A model generated the notes under the pieces. That model did no database searches. It saw nothing but the letters and a program-made list of their open reading frames with translations, and was not told the DNA's origin. Position numbers and translations under genes: made by a program. Shown here in pieces: positions 25,351 through 27,944 of a DNA stretch of 27,944 bases. The stretch is from an uncultured Myxococcales bacterium (GTDB taxonomy: Bacteria > Myxococcota_A > UBA9042 > CAIXZC01), in the NCBI GenBank assembly GCA_964406905.1, contig CAYOTU010000002.1, forward strand, positions 1 through 27,944. Direction: 5' to 3'. Within the stretch, counting starts at the first letter, position 1. Each line of letters begins with the position of its first letter.

Positions 25351-26646
25351 CTAGTAACGTTCGTGTTTGTGCGGACCGGCAGCGAATGTGAACTGGAGGA
25401 ATATGCGGTGATCCATCCCGCCCACATCGGGGAGGTAGAGATCGTACTCGAGGCGCATGCGGACCCAGGGGCTCTGCCACCAGGAGACGTAGGGGACCAC
25501 CTGCCAGTTCCACTGTGACGCGTTCTCCGTGGCAAAGGGCTGCACCAGATCACCTCGTGTGCCGATGACCCAGCTTCGGTTGACCTTGAACTCCAGGCTG
25601 CTGTACGCGCCCATCCAGCGCAGGTCCTTGTCGTCGACCTGCTGCTTCAGGATGTAGAGGTACTCTGAGCGCCAGGTGAAATAGTGATACTTGGAACGGT
25701 TCAGGGGCTCCCAGTTCAGGGTCAGGTCAGCGCCCCCGATGATCGTATGCCGCCAGGGCTCGCTCGTGACGCCTGCGTCCGATTTCACGTTCCGGTTGTT
25801 GTTGGTCCCGAACATTCCCGTGACACCCAACTCGATGTAGGTGCTCGGGCTCAAGTCCCAGTAGTGGGTCAGCCGCGCCAGGCTCGCTGGAACGCTGAAG
25901 AAGTCCCCCGCGAAGACCCCGCCGTTGCTGCCGTTTGTGACCTGGATCTCCAACTCCATACCGTGGCTCCAAACGGGCGGCAGCACCAGGTGCGCGGCGA
26001 CGCCTGCCTGGTTCAACCCGCCGGGGCCGAAGGGGACCATGAGCATGAGCGGGTAGTCGAACTGATCCAGCCCAGGTTTGTGCCAGCGGTTGACCACGCC
26101 GAGTTGCTGGCGGAACTGCCCGACGGTGAGAGAGAGACCTGGCGCCACCGATGTCCAGGTGATATAGGCTTCCCCCACCGCGGCGCCCTTGGGTGTGAGC
26201 CCGACGGTCATCTTGGTGAACGCGAAGGGGTCCAGGTTCGACTGGAGGTGGAGCCCGAGCATCCGGAGGAAGGTCCCGGAGCGTTCCCCGCCGATGGAGT
26301 CTCTCCCGTCCGCGGAGTAAATGTACCGGCCGAAGAAGTCCCCGACCACGCTGATCTCTGGGTTCAGGGCCTGGAGGGAGCGTTGGCCCCCCAGGAATGT
26401 CTTGACGCGGATCTCCTTCTCATCGATGTCTTGATCCTCAGCCGCTGCCTGGAGCTTGAACACCTCAAGCTCCAGGGCATCCAAGCGCTCCCGCATCTCC
26501 TGCGGGCTCATTTCCTCAACAGCGTCTTCACCGCTTCCCTGTTCCTGGGTATGTCCGGGGCTGGGGAAAACTGAGAGCAGAACCAGAGCTGTGAAGAGTC
26601 TCGCCACGCGGCGGAACCTTATTTTTTTTATGGTGCGATGTCTCAT
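25351..26646 (-). CDS. Outer-membrane beta-barrel protein of the type found in Zn/metal-uptake operons, with an N-terminal coiled coil
   Basis: Signal peptide; coiled coil MRERLDALELEVFKL; LNPEISVVGDF; beta-strand pattern; ends FLQFTFAAGPHKHERY; GAGGAGG RBS. Confidence 0.75.
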   Translation of the reverse strand: MRHRTIKKIRFRRVARLFTALVLLSVFPSPGHTQEQGSGEDAVEEMSPQEMRERLDALELEVFKLQAAAEDQDIDEKEIRVKTFLGGQRSLQALNPEISVVGDFFGRYIYSADGRDSIGGERSGTFLRMLGLHLQSNLDPFAFTKMTVGLTPKGAAVGEAYITWTSVAPGLSLTVGQFRQQLGVVNRWHKPGLDQFDYPLMLMVPFGPGGLNQAGVAAHLVLPPVWSHGMELEIQVTNGSNGGVFAGDFFSVPASLARLTHYWDLSPSTYIELGVTGMFGTNNNRNVKSDAGVTSEPWRHTIIGGADLTLNWEPLNRSKYHYFTWRSEYLYILKQQVDDKDLRWMGAYSSLEFKVNRSWVIGTRGDLVQPFATENASQWNWQVVPYVSWWQSPWVRMRLEYDLYLPDVGGMDHRIFLQFTFAAGPHKHERY

Positions 26647-26725
26647 CCATCGACCTCCTCGATTGAATTCGTTGGTTGCATTAAGACCACGGTGTTCGTC
26701 AGAGGCCGCGGCGATGTCGTAGGGC

Positions 26726-27148
26726 TCAAGCCGTGGTCGGTGGGGAGTGCTTGGGCGCGCGGACCAGGGGGAGCGCGGTCGCTACGTTGAGATGAGGATC
26801 GGCGCTTACCCGGAGTACGCACAGCCCCTTGCAGACAATTCCCGGGACGTCAGGCCGCTCGATGCCGATCACCGAGCGGAGCAGAGTGCTCAGAAAGAGG
26901 CACTCGTCCGTGTTGTTCGAGGCGCCATCCGGAACAAACGCATACGCTGCCTGGATCTCCTCATACGTACAACGCGAGTCGTGGGCTTCGTGCCGATGCG
27001 GCGCTTCCCCGTGCCCCATGATTCCATCCCGCGTGACCACGCCGTGATCAACGCTCAGGAAGTGGAGCGTCAGCAGGAACACCTGACCCAGGTAGATCGA
27101 TGCCGTGGCCAGGGACAGGAGCGACAGGTTATGACAGCGAGGCCTCAT
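26726..27148 (-). CDS. DUF2946-like His-rich small protein
   Basis: N-terminal hydrophobic segment ending LH, His cluster GHGEAPHRHEAH, several Cys, terminal RAPKHSPP; first gene of the metal-uptake operon. Confidence 0.65.
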   Translation of the reverse strand: MRPRCHNLSLLSLATASIYLGQVFLLTLHFLSVDHGVVTRDGIMGHGEAPHRHEAHDSRCTYEEIQAAYAFVPDGASNNTDECLFLSTLLRSVIGIERPDVPGIVCKGLCVLRVSADPHLNVATALPLVRAPKHSPPTTA

Positions 27149-27172
27149 GGACTAGTCTTTCCCTTTTCGACA

Positions 27173-27201
27173 AATATCAGTATGGCTCCAGGCGTTGTCA
27201 A
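27173..27201 (-). promoter_or_regulatory. Probable sigma70 promoter of the metal-uptake operon
   Basis: Perfect TTGACA (27196-27201), 17-bp spacer, weak -10 GATATT. Confidence 0.45.
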
Positions 27202-27205
27202 CCCT

Positions 27206-27352
27206 TTATTGTGCCGTCCGGTCCGCGATGTGGGGCACGCCGGGATAGGCTACCCGTCCGGTGGTGAAGATGCGTTCCCGGTATGTGTCCTTTACCGGCA
27301 CGATGCAGTTGGTGGTCAGGAGGATGGGGCCGTTGAAGGACGCGAACTCCTT
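27206..27352 (-). pseudogene. hcp: Internal fragment of hybrid cluster protein (hydroxylamine reductase)
   Basis: Manual translation [48 protein letters not shown] matches the conserved Hcp segment EFxSFNGPILxTTNC...IFTTG...PGVxHI; no start codon. Confidence 0.85.
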
Positions 27353-27944
27353 CTAATACCACATGCAGAAGCCCATGACGTCGGGCATGCAGTCCCCGCA
27401 GTTGTAGCAGAGTTCTATGCAGCCGCAGACCGAGGCCCCGACGCAGGTGTCGTTCCCCTGGCAGTCGCCGTCGTTCCAGCAGCAGCCTTCGCCGCTGGGG
27501 CATTCGGGGCCGTTGGGATCGGGGACGCAGGAGCCTGGCATCTTGTCGAAGTCCTGCTGGCCCCGGCAGACCTGGGCAGCGGGGCAATCAGCGTCCGTGT
27601 TGCAGCAGCCCTGGGGGAGGGGGGAGCAGAGCCCGGGGGTGGTGGGTGCGAAGCACAACTCGCCGCAGGGGCAGATTATTATGCCCTCGCAGGACTGGGT
27701 CTCGTAGCAGTCCCAATCGTTGAAGCACTGGCCGGGATCTGGTGGGGTCTCGCAGGTGTTGCCCGGCGCGCAGGTCAATCCAGAGGGGCAGTCCTCGTCA
27801 TCCAGGCAGCAGCCCTCTTTGTAGGGCAGGCACGTCCCTGGCCAGCCGCAGCCGTCTCCGCCGGAGAAGTCGCAGGGGCAGGGGTTGGCGCCGTCGCAGT
27901 ACAGGCCCGGGCCGCAGTCGCCGTCATCCCAGCAATCGGGCGGC
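27353..27944 (-). CDS. Cys-rich repeat protein, 5'-truncated by the window edge
   Basis: The frame is open to the edge: 196 aa with 35 Cys and five C-x-x-D-x-D-C units (CWDDGDC, CLDDEDC, CFNDWDC, CNTDADC, CWNDGDC). Confidence 0.85.
   Translation of the reverse strand, partial: PPDCWDDGDCGPGLYCDGANPCPCDFSGGDGCGWPGTCLPYKEGCCLDDEDCPSGLTCAPGNTCETPPDPGQCFNDWDCYETQSCEGIIICPCGELCFAPTTPGLCSPLPQGCCNTDADCPAAQVCRGQQDFDKMPGSCVPDPNGPECPSGEGCCWNDGDCQGNDTCVGASVCGCIELCYNCGDCMPDVMGFCMWY

Noticed and set aside
27149-27205. Zur/Fur box upstream of the metal operon
   Set aside because: No convincing AT-rich palindrome; only a short GACTAGTC that is expected by chance.
27353-27355. Pyrrolysine readthrough producing a Cys-rich/Hcp fusion
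   Set aside because: The product would contain only 48 aa of an enzyme of about 550 aa and no pyl genes are visible; a rearrangement scar is more parsimonious.

Overview
This GC-rich window comes from a diderm bacterium. Its many Cys-rich, acidic-linker lipoproteins suggest Myxococcota or another deltaproteobacterial lineage (inference). It holds about 21 intact or edge-truncated genes and no rRNA, tRNA, CRISPR array or transposase. In order: a DUF4349 lipoprotein pair; gltS with an extended TAXI binding protein; a large amidohydrolase-TSP3-OB-LTD lipoprotein; a NifB/NifX-family protein; a kinase-CHASE2 / FecR / LRR-lipoprotein operon; a four-gene ABC-2 exporter; a low-GC methyltransferase; a DAACS symporter; a CehA/McbA-type metallohydrolase; a metal-uptake operon with no ATPase gene; an hcp fragment; and a Cys-rich repeat protein. 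The strongest leads are the ATPase-less metal-uptake operon with a HEAT-fused permease, the kinase-CHASE2/FecR/LRR module, the GltS-TAXI pairing, and the amidohydrolase on a nuclease-type scaffold. Non-coding oddities include a 147-nt palindromic element, a period-5 repeat array abutting an RBS, and the in-frame hcp relic. All family assignments are by motif recognition; no database searches were run.
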